IMG/VR virus record: IMGVR_UViG_3300042261_001186
Location: 1-64,000 of that record
DNA: 64,000 bases
Source of the DNA: a virus
Direction: 5' to 3' (one strand)
The notes under the pieces are model-generated. The model made no database searches, had not been told where the DNA came from, and worked only from the letters and a program-made list of their open reading frames with translations. Position numbers and translations under genes: made by a program. This document shows positions 40,814-49,965 of this stretch, in pieces. Within the stretch, counting starts at the first letter, position 1. The number at the start of each line of letters is the position of its first letter.

Positions 40814-41566
40814 TTAAAGAGACAAGTATATTCTTGATTTTTTATTCTCGACATCTACTTTATTATCATATAAATTATGTTTTTTTAATAATTCACGAAT
40901 AGTTCTACGACTATGATTTGTTTTTTTAGAAATGTATGATATGAGTCCTTTTTTAGAATTACCAAATTCATTTATGTGACCTAATAATTTTTCTTTTTCT
41001 ATTTTATGATAATTATCTTTTCTTTGTTCATCAGTAAGAATATTTTTATCTCTAATTCCTTCTCTTATGATAGAATTTATTTTTTTTCTTGTTAATTTAA
41101 TTTCTTCATTAAAATTTTTAAATATTTGTGAATCTGAGAAACCATCATTATATAATTTATATACCATAGTTCTAGTTTCATTTGAAACTATTTTATATTG
41201 TCCATTTAATTCAAATGGTCTTTTACATTTTGATGAATTTAACATAGATTGTTTAATTTTTTCAATTATTTTTTCTTTGTTTGGATTATTTGTTATACCA
41301 TCATTTGTATTACCACCTTTACAAATATTATAACCATTTGGTGATAATGTATTTTCTAATTCAATATAATAAATTTCCATTTCATTCAAAATTTCTCTTG
41401 TTGTTGTTCCAGACCATATTATATCTTTTTTAAAATTATTTTTACCATATTTTTTTATTGCTGATTTAATAATTGGACCAGAGCCAAAATATCCATTTCT
41501 ACTATGAATACTTTGACCAATATATATTTTGTTATTTATTTTATTTGTTATTCTATATATTTCCAT
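40814..41566 (-). CDS. GIY-YIG homing endonuclease (free-standing, Seg-like)
   Basis: EIYRITNKINNKIYIGQS, YFGSG, GYNI; C-terminal HTH-like segments. Confidence 0.9.
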   Translation of the reverse strand: MEIYRITNKINNKIYIGQSIHSRNGYFGSGPIIKSAIKKYGKNNFKKDIIWSGTTTREILNEMEIYYIELENTLSPNGYNICKGGNTNDGITNNPNKEKIIEKIKQSMLNSSKCKRPFELNGQYKIVSNETRTMVYKLYNDGFSDSQIFKNFNEEIKLTRKKINSIIREGIRDKNILTDEQRKDNYHKIEKEKLLGHINEFGNSKKGLISYISKKTNHSRRTIRELLKKHNLYDNKVDVENKKSRIYLSL

Positions 41567-41680
41567 AATTATTATATGTTAATTATATATTAATGTTTCA
41601 AAATTAATAAAACTTGGCCTTTTTTATTATATATATAGTTAAGGAATTTATTTTTTGGGGATATTGTCCCCAAAAAAAAA

Positions 41681-42556
41681 ATGCCTATGAAGAAACAAAT
41701 TTTTAAACAGGATGTTATTGGCCCCCAAGATTTTGACAATTTAGTCAAAAAAATGAGGGGCTTTTTTATTGAAAAAAATTACAAAGAAGTTTATCCACAA
41801 CCCATTAGATCAATAATGGCAGCATGTGAAGATCCAAAAACATTAAGATCATTTACATTTGATGGTAATACTTGGCCATTGAGTCAAACGAATCAAATGA
41901 ATTTGGAAATGATTTTATTAACAATGCCAGAAGAAGCTGATGGTATTTATTGTATGACAACTAGTTACAGAGACGAACCTAATCCAATACCTGGGAGGCA
42001 TGATAAGATATTCCCTATGTGGGAATTTGAACATAAAGGTAATTTTCAAGATTTAGTACAAACATTAAGTGAATTAAGTGTTCATTTAGGATTTGTAAAA
42101 AGTGTAGAAGATATACCAATTTTTACTTATGATGAATTATGTGAACATTATAAAGTAGATAGTTTAGAATCTGAACATGAAACTTTAATGTGGAAAGAAT
42201 ATGGTGATGTAGTTGGTATCACTTATTTTCCAGAAAGAACACATCCATTTTGGAATATGAAACATGATGGGTTAAGTCATAAAGGAGAAAGGTTATTTAA
42301 CAAAACAGATTTCATTATTTGTGGTCAAGAAACTTTTGGCTCAGCAGAAAGATCAGTTGATCCTGAACAAATGAGAAATAGTTTTCATAGTATATCTGAT
42401 GGTATGTATGCAAAATTATTATATAATGAGTTTAGTAAAGAAAGAGTAATTTCAGAATTGGAATCTTACTTATCTTTACCAATGATAGAGAGGTTTGGCG
42501 CGGGAATCGGGTTTACAAGACTATATAGAGCTATGAAATTAAAGGGGTTAATTTAA
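41681..42556 (+). CDS. Class II aaRS catalytic-domain-only protein (AsnRS/AspRS-like paralog lacking anticodon domain)
   Basis: Motif 2 YRDE..GRH..F...EFE, ETFGSAER, motif 3 GAGIGFTRL; only 291 aa. Confidence 0.85.
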   Translation: MPMKKQIFKQDVIGPQDFDNLVKKMRGFFIEKNYKEVYPQPIRSIMAACEDPKTLRSFTFDGNTWPLSQTNQMNLEMILLTMPEEADGIYCMTTSYRDEPNPIPGRHDKIFPMWEFEHKGNFQDLVQTLSELSVHLGFVKSVEDIPIFTYDELCEHYKVDSLESEHETLMWKEYGDVVGITYFPERTHPFWNMKHDGLSHKGERLFNKTDFIICGQETFGSAERSVDPEQMRNSFHSISDGMYAKLLYNEFSKERVISELESYLSLPMIERFGAGIGFTRLYRAMKLKGLI

Positions 42557-42567
42557 CCCCTTTTTTT
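42541..42567 (+). terminator. Intrinsic terminator
   Basis: AAAGGGGTTAA-T-TTAACCCC-T7. Confidence 0.75.
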
Positions 42568-42663
42568 ATTAAACTTATTAAAATTATCATTATATAATAT
42601 ATGATAGATAAGATTTACGTCATTTTTTATTTATCATATTAATTTAATTATTTTTGGTTAGTT

Positions 42664-42709
42664 AAAAGAACAGTTAGTGGGCAAAGAACGTGCTAACTGT
42701 TCTTTTTTT
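42664..42709 (+). terminator. Long hairpin with U-tract
   Basis: AAAAGAACAGTTAG-15 nt-CTAACTGTTCTTTT. Confidence 0.55.
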
Positions 42710-42746
42710 ATTTTTTCTGTTTTTTTTATTTAATATATAGTTTCAT

Positions 42747-44159
42747 ATGATAACTAAATATTCAAAATATTTAAAACAAAACGAAGCTGATGATAATTCA
42801 GACTTTGATTATTTTGATGATTATGAGGAAACTAAACCTACATTGCCTAAAAAATCATCTCCAACTAAGAAAAATCTTTGGAATTTCAAAGGATTCATGG
42901 AACCTGAAGATCCAGATCAATTAGAACTTGATCTTGGTATAGAAAACCCTAGGAAGATAAAAGCTGCTGAGCTCAAAAAAATGGTTGATGATAAGGCTAA
43001 AAAAGAAAAAGAAGTTAGACAACCTACACATGTAGATACTGGAGATTATGTTGAAGTAGTGGATTTTGAAGATTTAAAAGAAGATCAATTAGAATTTTTA
43101 AAATCCGCACCTAATTTCTATGTTAGAGATATAGTTAATAGTAAAAGTTATCCATATGAAGTAGGAGAACCTTATGTAAACATAGGTTTCAGATCACCTT
43201 TCAAAATGTCTAGATTTAAAGTTATAGATAAATCTCATTGTAAGTACAAAATTTTATTTTTGAATTTTGATTTACCAGTAGATATACATGGTGAAAAAGA
43301 CGTCAATAATTTCTTCAGGGATTCAAAAACTATGTCTGAATTATTCAACAAACTTTTTGCAGAGAAAGAAGATGACATATTGGTTAGTTTTAATATGTAT
43401 GATGACATATATAGAATAAAATATGATTATTATATTAATGGTATATGTTTAAAAGATTATGATTTTGTATTTTTTGGACTCATATCTAATTTTACTTCAA
43501 TAGCAAAAATGCTCATAGATTATTTACAAAAACAGAAAATACCTTTCTTAAAATATGGTACTTTCAAAGAATATGATAACAAAGCCTTTGAATTACATTT
43601 ACTTGATTCTCTTGGATATCCATACATACCATCTATAATGGTTACGAAATTAACTAAAAAGATAATAGATATTGTTCAAAATGATTTTGAATTCCCTGTT
43701 ATAGTTAAGGATGTAAATACTAATAGAGGTGAAGGAGTATACAAAATAGATGATATGGAAGGGTTGTTGAAGACTTTCAGACGTAATAGTAGATTAATGT
43801 TAATACAAAAACATATACCTAATGATGGAGATTTTAGGGTTATAACAATTAAGAGAAAAGTAGAATTAGTTATAAAGAAGAAAAGGATAAGTAAAACTGA
43901 ATTCAGGGCTAATGTTGCTAGAGGTGGAAAGGCTATAAAAGGATCATTACCTCCACATATTCTTAAAATGTGTGAAGATATTTCTAAACATTTGGATAGT
44001 GATATTATTGGTTTTGATATAATACAAGATATGACTAATGGTGAATATTATGTAATGGAAACCAATGCTGGTCCACATTTTCCAACATTTTCTGTTATAT
44101 CTGGTGTGAATATACCAGAAATCATAGTTAATTATATAATGAGATTAATAGAAAAATAG
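42747..44159 (+). CDS. RimK-family ATP-grasp ligase with N-terminal leader and extra modules
   Basis: FPVIVK...RGEGV, IQKHI, DFRV, FRANVARGG, IIGFDI, VMETNAGP; leader MITKYSKYLKQNE. Confidence 0.88.
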   Translation: MITKYSKYLKQNEADDNSDFDYFDDYEETKPTLPKKSSPTKKNLWNFKGFMEPEDPDQLELDLGIENPRKIKAAELKKMVDDKAKKEKEVRQPTHVDTGDYVEVVDFEDLKEDQLEFLKSAPNFYVRDIVNSKSYPYEVGEPYVNIGFRSPFKMSRFKVIDKSHCKYKILFLNFDLPVDIHGEKDVNNFFRDSKTMSELFNKLFAEKEDDILVSFNMYDDIYRIKYDYYINGICLKDYDFVFFGLISNFTSIAKMLIDYLQKQKIPFLKYGTFKEYDNKAFELHLLDSLGYPYIPSIMVTKLTKKIIDIVQNDFEFPVIVKDVNTNRGEGVYKIDDMEGLLKTFRRNSRLMLIQKHIPNDGDFRVITIKRKVELVIKKKRISKTEFRANVARGGKAIKGSLPPHILKMCEDISKHLDSDIIGFDIIQDMTNGEYYVMETNAGPHFPTFSVISGVNIPEIIVNYIMRLIEK

Positions 44160-44167
44160 AGAGATAT

Positions 44168-44635
44168 ATGATAACAAAATATGAAGAATTTATAAATGAG
44201 AATATTTTAGACAAAATTATGGGTGGTATTGATCGTGGTATTGGTAAATTTCATACTTCTACTAGACCTATTAGAAAAGCTATTAGTACAACTTTCATAC
44301 CTGAAAAAATGTATAAAACAATTAAAAATAAATTTGAACAAATTAAATTAAATTTTGATTTTGAAAATTTAGAATTAGTAGCTGACCCAATTGATAGAGA
44401 TACAAAATTTTTGGTTTACACTGATGAAGATGAGATAAAATTGGAAATAAATATGTTTTATATTCCAATAATATATTTTAATGGTGAAGATATAACAAGT
44501 AAATTGAATTCTTTTTTGACTATGGATATTTATAAGTATTTTATTACAAAATGGAATTATGGTAATACAAATAAAATATCTGGTCAAATTTTTTCAGATG
44601 TTGATTCTTTAGGAGAAGAAGATTGGTCTAAGTAA
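44168..44635 (+). CDS. Putative internal head protein with C-terminal tag
   Basis: MITKYEEFINE; ends DVDSLGEEDWSK. Confidence 0.72.
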   Translation: MITKYEEFINENILDKIMGGIDRGIGKFHTSTRPIRKAISTTFIPEKMYKTIKNKFEQIKLNFDFENLELVADPIDRDTKFLVYTDEDEIKLEINMFYIPIIYFNGEDITSKLNSFLTMDIYKYFITKWNYGNTNKISGQIFSDVDSLGEEDWSK

Positions 44636-44644
44636 TTAAATTAT

Positions 44645-45031
44645 ATGATAAAGAATTTTAAATTATTTGAAGAATTTTCAACAAAAAGATACTACAAGGT
44701 AGTCACAAAAGATTTAAAATCTTTAGGTTTGAGAAAAAATCCTACTATAATGACTTTTCCAATTGGTGAATGGGTTTATGAACAAAAACCAACTAAGGAC
44801 CAAGGTGGTTGGGGTGGAACGGGTGGTATTTGGGTGGCTAATGGATTACAAGGTGGTAAAGGATTGATGAAATATCTAAGAAAAAAAGCAATAAAGGAAG
44901 ATAAACCAGAATTTCTTGAATGTAGATTATTTGAAGTTGAAATAGGGGAGATTTTATATTCAAATTCTTATAGGACAAAGACAGACAAAGTAAAATTAAA
45001 AAAAGAAATTAAAAATGATAAAGAATTTTAA
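44645..45031 (+). CDS. Putative internal head protein
   Basis: MIKNFKLFEE leader, identical to the next two genes. Confidence 0.72.
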   Translation: MIKNFKLFEEFSTKRYYKVVTKDLKSLGLRKNPTIMTFPIGEWVYEQKPTKDQGGWGGTGGIWVANGLQGGKGLMKYLRKKAIKEDKPEFLECRLFEVEIGEILYSNSYRTKTDKVKLKKEIKNDKEF

Positions 45032-45554
45032 ATTATTTGAAACCACACATAAAGATGTTGATCCGCTCGGTGAAGAGAAATGGGAAGAAGATTCATCTTA
45101 TAATATATTGTATGTTTCCTCTATGGAAACGACTGATCATTATTTTTACCTAGATTGTGTGGAAGGATACATAGATGAATCATATTACACACCTGAAGGT
45201 AAACTTCTATATGTTGATTTCTCTTATATAATAAATGGTGATAGAAAGAAAGCTTGCAGTCATTCTCCTTATGTGGTGGATAGAATTGAAGATTTTGATT
45301 TGGGGAAAATGAAAAGTCTTTATTATAATTTGGAAGGTGACACCAGAAAAAAATATTATGATAAATCTGGACATTGTACTTTCATACGTAAGGAAATAAT
45401 GACAAAAGAAGAATTCCTTAAAATATCCCATGACATATTTGATGAAAATGCAAATAATTTGATACAAATACTTAAAAAAAAGATAATAGAAACTGAAAAT
45501 AGAATAGAGAAATTGAAAAAAAGAGAAATAGGTTTCAACACCAACATAGAATGA
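45015..45554 (+). CDS. Putative internal head protein with N-terminal tag
   Basis: MIKNFKLFETTHKDVDPLGEEKW. Confidence 0.72.
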   Translation: MIKNFKLFETTHKDVDPLGEEKWEEDSSYNILYVSSMETTDHYFYLDCVEGYIDESYYTPEGKLLYVDFSYIINGDRKKACSHSPYVVDRIEDFDLGKMKSLYYNLEGDTRKKYYDKSGHCTFIRKEIMTKEEFLKISHDIFDENANNLIQILKKKIIETENRIEKLKKREIGFNTNIE

Positions 45555-45871
45555 TAAAGAATTTTAAATTGTTTGAAAATAAACACAAAGACATAGACCC
45601 ATTTAGTGAAGAACAATGGGAGGATGCTGAAATTGAAATAGGTACTAACATATATTTGAAGAAAGATAGGAATTATTTTAATAGACACAAAAACAAATTG
45701 TATGGTACCGTTGTTGACATAGATGACAAAGGTATAGTCGAAATGGTCAACTATGTTTATATTGAAAATGGAAAAACTTTCACCAAGAAAAGAATAACAT
45801 GGAAAGTTTCAATGAAATATTTAAAGCACCATATAAGAACTATGGAATATACTTTATACGCTAATAATTAA
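45551..45871 (+). CDS. Putative internal head protein with N-terminal tag
   Basis: MIKNFKLFENKHKDIDPFSEEQW. Confidence 0.72.
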   Translation: MIKNFKLFENKHKDIDPFSEEQWEDAEIEIGTNIYLKKDRNYFNRHKNKLYGTVVDIDDKGIVEMVNYVYIENGKTFTKKRITWKVSMKYLKHHIRTMEYTLYANN

Positions 45872-45914
45872 TGAATTTTATTTTTAATATATAGAATAAA
45901 ATCAATTTGATTTT

Positions 45915-47384
45915 ATGGATTTGTTATTGAGAGATAGGAATAAAATCACAAATATAGTAGATGTATTAAGGAAAAACAAGCCTGAAGGTGGTGCAAATTT
46001 TTTTGATAGAGTTGATGAATTTGTGAGAGACCCTAAAAATGTTGATATGGTATTCAATCTCATAAATAAAATCAAACAAGATTATGGTCAAAATTTTAAT
46101 CTTATAGTCACAGGAAAATTTGGTGATTGGGTTTTTAATCTCATAAAAACCAATAAAATCAATGTAAATGGAGTAGTTATACATGTTAGTGGATCACTTA
46201 GAAGTGCAGCAAAAAATAAAACATTTCAAATAATAGGTGGAAATGAAAATCAAGCATATAATAAAAAATTTATATTATTGGATGATAGTTTTTATTCAGG
46301 TACTACAAAGAAAGAAATAGATAAACATTTAAATAAATATAATTCTAAAATAATAAGTACATATGTTTTCTATGATGGGTCTTTTCAAAAAAGACCAGAT
46401 GTATTCTCTGTTTATAGGCATTGTAATTATAATAAAGAAGATATCTTACCAGTAAAGAAATTACTTAGTATACTTAATGGAATAGATGATGCCAATATAC
46501 CTTATGATTTGTTGGAAAATCAAATAATGATAGGTCAGATAAGAAGTGTTAAGGAATTATTAAGGGAGATACAGATAGTCAGAGGTAAGTTTGGCAAACA
46601 GAATTTAGATATCAAATCTTATGGATATAAAAGGGAATATGAACATAAGAAAATGAAGAAATATGGGGATTTTGTTAACGAGTCAAAAAAAAAATATTTG
46701 ACCTTTGACGATTTAGAATTCAAAAAACACCCACTCGCAGAAGTTTATGATGAAATGGTTGCCATTGGTGGTTTTGATCCATTTGGGGATGAAAGGAAAC
46801 CATTGCAACAGGCAAAAATGAAATTTGAAAATGGTTATGGTGTATCTGTGTTATTGGGAGATTTATTTTATTCTAATGGTGTAGATACTTATGAAATCAT
46901 GTGCTTTGATGATAAAAATAAATTCATAGGGGATCCACTTGGTCATTTGACTAAAGATGAGGTCAATCATGAAATGATGAAATTACAGAGAAGGAAACAT
47001 CCTATTCAAAAATTCACAACAGAAGATCCTTATGGTGAAGAAGATTGGTCAGATGATATATATGAATCTATTATTAATAAAGGTGACTTTGAAATGACTA
47101 CAATTCAATTATGGCATAAATATATAAGATTTGGAAGAAAAGAAACTATAGATAGATTTAGGAAAAATGTTCTTGAATTCAAAACAGATAGTAAAGGATT
47201 AAAAGAATATAAAGGAAAGATAATAGGGTTTTATCCTTTACATAATAATAAGACAAGGGAGATAATAATATTATTTGACACTAAAGAATATGGGACTTTG
47301 AAAGTAAATGATAAATATCCTATAATAGTAAAATCTGAAGTGAATGAACATTTGAAAAAATATGAAGATTTTATAAATGATTAA
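45915..47384 (+). CDS. Phosphoribosyltransferase-domain fusion / putative polyprotein
   Basis: PRPP loop KFILLDDSFYSGTT; internal leader KMKKYGDFVNES; TEDPYGEEDW..IYES; ends LKKYEDFIND. Confidence 0.78.
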   Translation: MDLLLRDRNKITNIVDVLRKNKPEGGANFFDRVDEFVRDPKNVDMVFNLINKIKQDYGQNFNLIVTGKFGDWVFNLIKTNKINVNGVVIHVSGSLRSAAKNKTFQIIGGNENQAYNKKFILLDDSFYSGTTKKEIDKHLNKYNSKIISTYVFYDGSFQKRPDVFSVYRHCNYNKEDILPVKKLLSILNGIDDANIPYDLLENQIMIGQIRSVKELLREIQIVRGKFGKQNLDIKSYGYKREYEHKKMKKYGDFVNESKKKYLTFDDLEFKKHPLAEVYDEMVAIGGFDPFGDERKPLQQAKMKFENGYGVSVLLGDLFYSNGVDTYEIMCFDDKNKFIGDPLGHLTKDEVNHEMMKLQRRKHPIQKFTTEDPYGEEDWSDDIYESIINKGDFEMTTIQLWHKYIRFGRKETIDRFRKNVLEFKTDSKGLKEYKGKIIGFYPLHNNKTREIIILFDTKEYGTLKVNDKYPIIVKSEVNEHLKKYEDFIND

Positions 47385-48102
47385 AAATTTCCAATCATAT
47401 AATGAAAGTGTAGTTCCAAATTCAGTTGTATTCAATATTAGGGATTATTGTACAACTTATGATAATATTCATAAGTTGAATTATAGAAATGTTGAAACAG
47501 GTGATGTTTTTAGGATATTTGATTTGTTCAAAGGGACTTTTGGTTTGTTTATAAATGATAATGATTTTAGAATATTTCAAGAAAATGATACAGAATTTAG
47601 ACTTTTTGATACAAAAAAAGGGAAACATCTTGAATTATGGCCAAATATGGGCTGGAAAAATACTTGGATTAATCAGACAAATAAAAATGATAAAGATAAT
47701 AAAAAATGGCTTGATAAATATAGAATAGGTAGAGAAGATAAAAAGAAAGTAATAATTCCTATTGAAGGTTATATAACAACATATGATGTAAATAGATTTT
47801 TAACTGATATAAGAACAGAACTTAAATATGGGTATAGAACTTTGATTGGTTATATTAAGCAAGGATATCGAGAAGAACAACTTATTGGAGTAAGACAACC
47901 TAGATATATAACAATTCAAGAAAATAATGGTTATGAAGGAAGAAATACTAATTTCAATGTAGTTTATATAGATATGTCCAATGGTAGTGACCCCTATGGG
48001 ACTAGGGGAATATTAAATATTGCTAAACCTGTTAAATTAAAACAGACTTTAAGAAAATTCACTGAAATAGATCCATTAGGAGAGGAAGATTGGGATGATT
48101 AA
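47377..48102 (+). CDS. Putative internal head protein with C-terminal tag
   Basis: MIKNFQSYNES; ends EIDPLGEEDWDD. Confidence 0.72.
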   Translation: MIKNFQSYNESVVPNSVVFNIRDYCTTYDNIHKLNYRNVETGDVFRIFDLFKGTFGLFINDNDFRIFQENDTEFRLFDTKKGKHLELWPNMGWKNTWINQTNKNDKDNKKWLDKYRIGREDKKKVIIPIEGYITTYDVNRFLTDIRTELKYGYRTLIGYIKQGYREEQLIGVRQPRYITIQENNGYEGRNTNFNVVYIDMSNGSDPYGTRGILNIAKPVKLKQTLRKFTEIDPLGEEDWDD

Positions 48103-48802
48103 ATTTTTCAAATATATTCAATTTATATTAGAACATAATGTAATTCATGATAAAGACATAAATATAAACTTATTCATTTCTTTAATCAGAAGAATTTATG
48201 GTGATGATATATTGATATTCAAATTTGATTATTTAGAAAAAATAGAAAATTTTTTAACCAGACCAGATAATTTTGATTTAATAAAGAAATTATTCTCAAA
48301 TATAGATAAAAATTCTGACATAATAGTTAGTGGTAGTTTTGGTAAATATATATTTAATATAATTGATAATTTGGATTTTGATGGTAATGTAATACTAGTA
48401 AATGGTAGTATTAGAAAAGTAATGGAAGATAAAGACAACAAAGTTGAAATTATAGACTATAGATATAGAGATATAAAAAATAAAAAATTTATTTTTGTAG
48501 ACGATAGTTTTGTCAAAGGAGGTACAAGAGATAGGATAAATGAGTTTTTAAGTAAATACAATAGTGAAATAGTTAAGACATATACATTTTACACCCATTA
48601 TAAAATGGATAAAAATGATGTTTTTTCTTTTTATTGTTATGGTAAATCAAACTTAATTCCAATACCTATTCATAAATCACTTGATAAAATAAAAAATATA
48701 AATCTATTCAATTTCAAAAATATACTGATAAGAAAAATAGATTTAGGTGAAATAACAAATTTAAATGATTTAGTAAAAACAATAATAAAATTAGATGAAT
48801 AG
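48095..48802 (+). CDS. Phosphoribosyltransferase-domain protein (paralog of the N-terminus of 45915..47384)
   Basis: KFIFVDDSFVKGGT; IIVSGSFG, VNGSIR; leader FKYIQFILE. Confidence 0.75.
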   Translation: MIKFFKYIQFILEHNVIHDKDININLFISLIRRIYGDDILIFKFDYLEKIENFLTRPDNFDLIKKLFSNIDKNSDIIVSGSFGKYIFNIIDNLDFDGNVILVNGSIRKVMEDKDNKVEIIDYRYRDIKNKKFIFVDDSFVKGGTRDRINEFLSKYNSEIVKTYTFYTHYKMDKNDVFSFYCYGKSNLIPIPIHKSLDKIKNINLFNFKNILIRKIDLGEITNLNDLVKTIIKLDE

Positions 48803-49244
48803 TATTAAGGTTATATTCCTAGATTTAGATGGTGTTTTAGTATTAAATGGTAGTGTTTGTATGAAATGTTGTGAACATCTTAATATTTTAACAAAAGAAA
48901 CCAATGCAAAGATAGTAATATCTTCTACTTGGAGAGTTAAAGGAATAGAATATGTAAAGGATTATTTAAAAGATTACATCAATGGTGATATAATAGATTT
49001 AACACCATCATTAAAAGCTAATTCTTTCAAAGCTCCTAGAGGAACTGAAATAAAAGAATGGCTTAGAACATTTGTTGGTAAGAAAAATTGTGTTGAAAGT
49101 TATGTAATTTTAGATGATAGTAAAGATTATCTTATTTCCCAAATAGATAATTATGTAAATATAAATCATAATAAAGGTTTTGATAAAATATCTTTGAAAA
49201 AAGCTATAGATATCCTAAGTATAATAAAACCTCCAGTTTTTTAA
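48795..49244 (+). CDS. HAD domain protein of the Swiss-Army-Knife RNA-repair type
   Basis: FLDLDGVL, IVISSTWR, RGTEI..W, YVILDD. Confidence 0.85.
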   Translation: MNSIKVIFLDLDGVLVLNGSVCMKCCEHLNILTKETNAKIVISSTWRVKGIEYVKDYLKDYINGDIIDLTPSLKANSFKAPRGTEIKEWLRTFVGKKNCVESYVILDDSKDYLISQIDNYVNINHNKGFDKISLKKAIDILSIIKPPVF

Positions 49245-49254
49245 TAAAATTTCG

Positions 49255-49281
49255 TAACCTTTTTTATCTCTCCGTGTCTAA
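49255..49281 (+). promoter_or_regulatory. Candidate ECF-sigma promoter
   Basis: GTAACC-N15-GTCTAA upstream of a secreted peptide and anti-sigma-like pair. Confidence 0.4.
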
Positions 49282-49369
49282 TATGTGAAAATGGAAAAAT
49301 TAAACTTTTTCTTATTTATATATAGAATAAATAAAAATAACAAATTAAAAAATAACAAATAATAAAACA

Positions 49370-49606
49370 ATGAAAAAAACAATAATGATAGGATTATTCC
49401 TGATGTTGGGAATAATGGCAGAAGCGAGATTTGGTGGTGAAGACAATAAATTTGTAGAAATGAACAAAACAATTGAAATGAATATTAATTTATCACCTAT
49501 AACACCAACAGAAGCAACATTTGAGGATGTTGATTTAAATACAGATACAATTTCCATAGAGAAATTATCACCTAAGACTCCTGAAGTCAGCTTCGAAGAA
49601 GTTTAA
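49370..49606 (+). CDS. Small secreted protein with signal peptide
   Basis: MKKTIMIGLFLMLGIMAEA signal; duplicated LSPxTPxE[AV].FE motif. Confidence 0.7.
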   Translation: MKKTIMIGLFLMLGIMAEARFGGEDNKFVEMNKTIEMNINLSPITPTEATFEDVDLNTDTISIEKLSPKTPEVSFEEV

Positions 49607-49608
49607 AA

Positions 49609-49965
49609 ATGGACAATTATAACAAAATAGACGACATTATCAGAAATTATCTACAGACAGAAGATATCTGTTTGTCAGATGATTTTGATGATAATGTGAT
49701 GTCTCTTTGTTTAAATTATCAATTAAAGAAGAAAAAAAGATTTAATTTATTTAAGAATATTGCTATAACAAGTATAGTTGTACTTGTAATTATATTAATG
49801 TTATTTACCCCAATAAATAGTTTCTTAATTTATTTATTAGGGAAAATAACATTAATAGGTTTATTTAAATATTATGTTTTTATGACTATAATAACAACTA
49901 TATTTTTCTATAGTATATTATTTAAATTAATAGTTTATAAGATTAACTATAGTGAAGTTCTCTAA
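49609..49965 (+). CDS. Two-TM membrane protein, anti-sigma-like
   Basis: LSDDFDDNVM N-terminal motif followed by two hydrophobic segments. Confidence 0.55.
   Translation: MDNYNKIDDIIRNYLQTEDICLSDDFDDNVMSLCLNYQLKKKKRFNLFKNIAITSIVVLVIILMLFTPINSFLIYLLGKITLIGLFKYYVFMTIITTIFFYSILFKLIVYKINYSEVL

Noticed and set aside
40814-41566. Group I intron around the GIY-YIG gene
   Set aside because: Flanking genes are complete, the gaps are too short for an intron core, and it has its own TAATATATA motif
4105-48097. Tag copies as a mobile DNA repeat
   Set aside because: Nucleotide sequences differ at synonymous positions and have no inverted ends or target duplications
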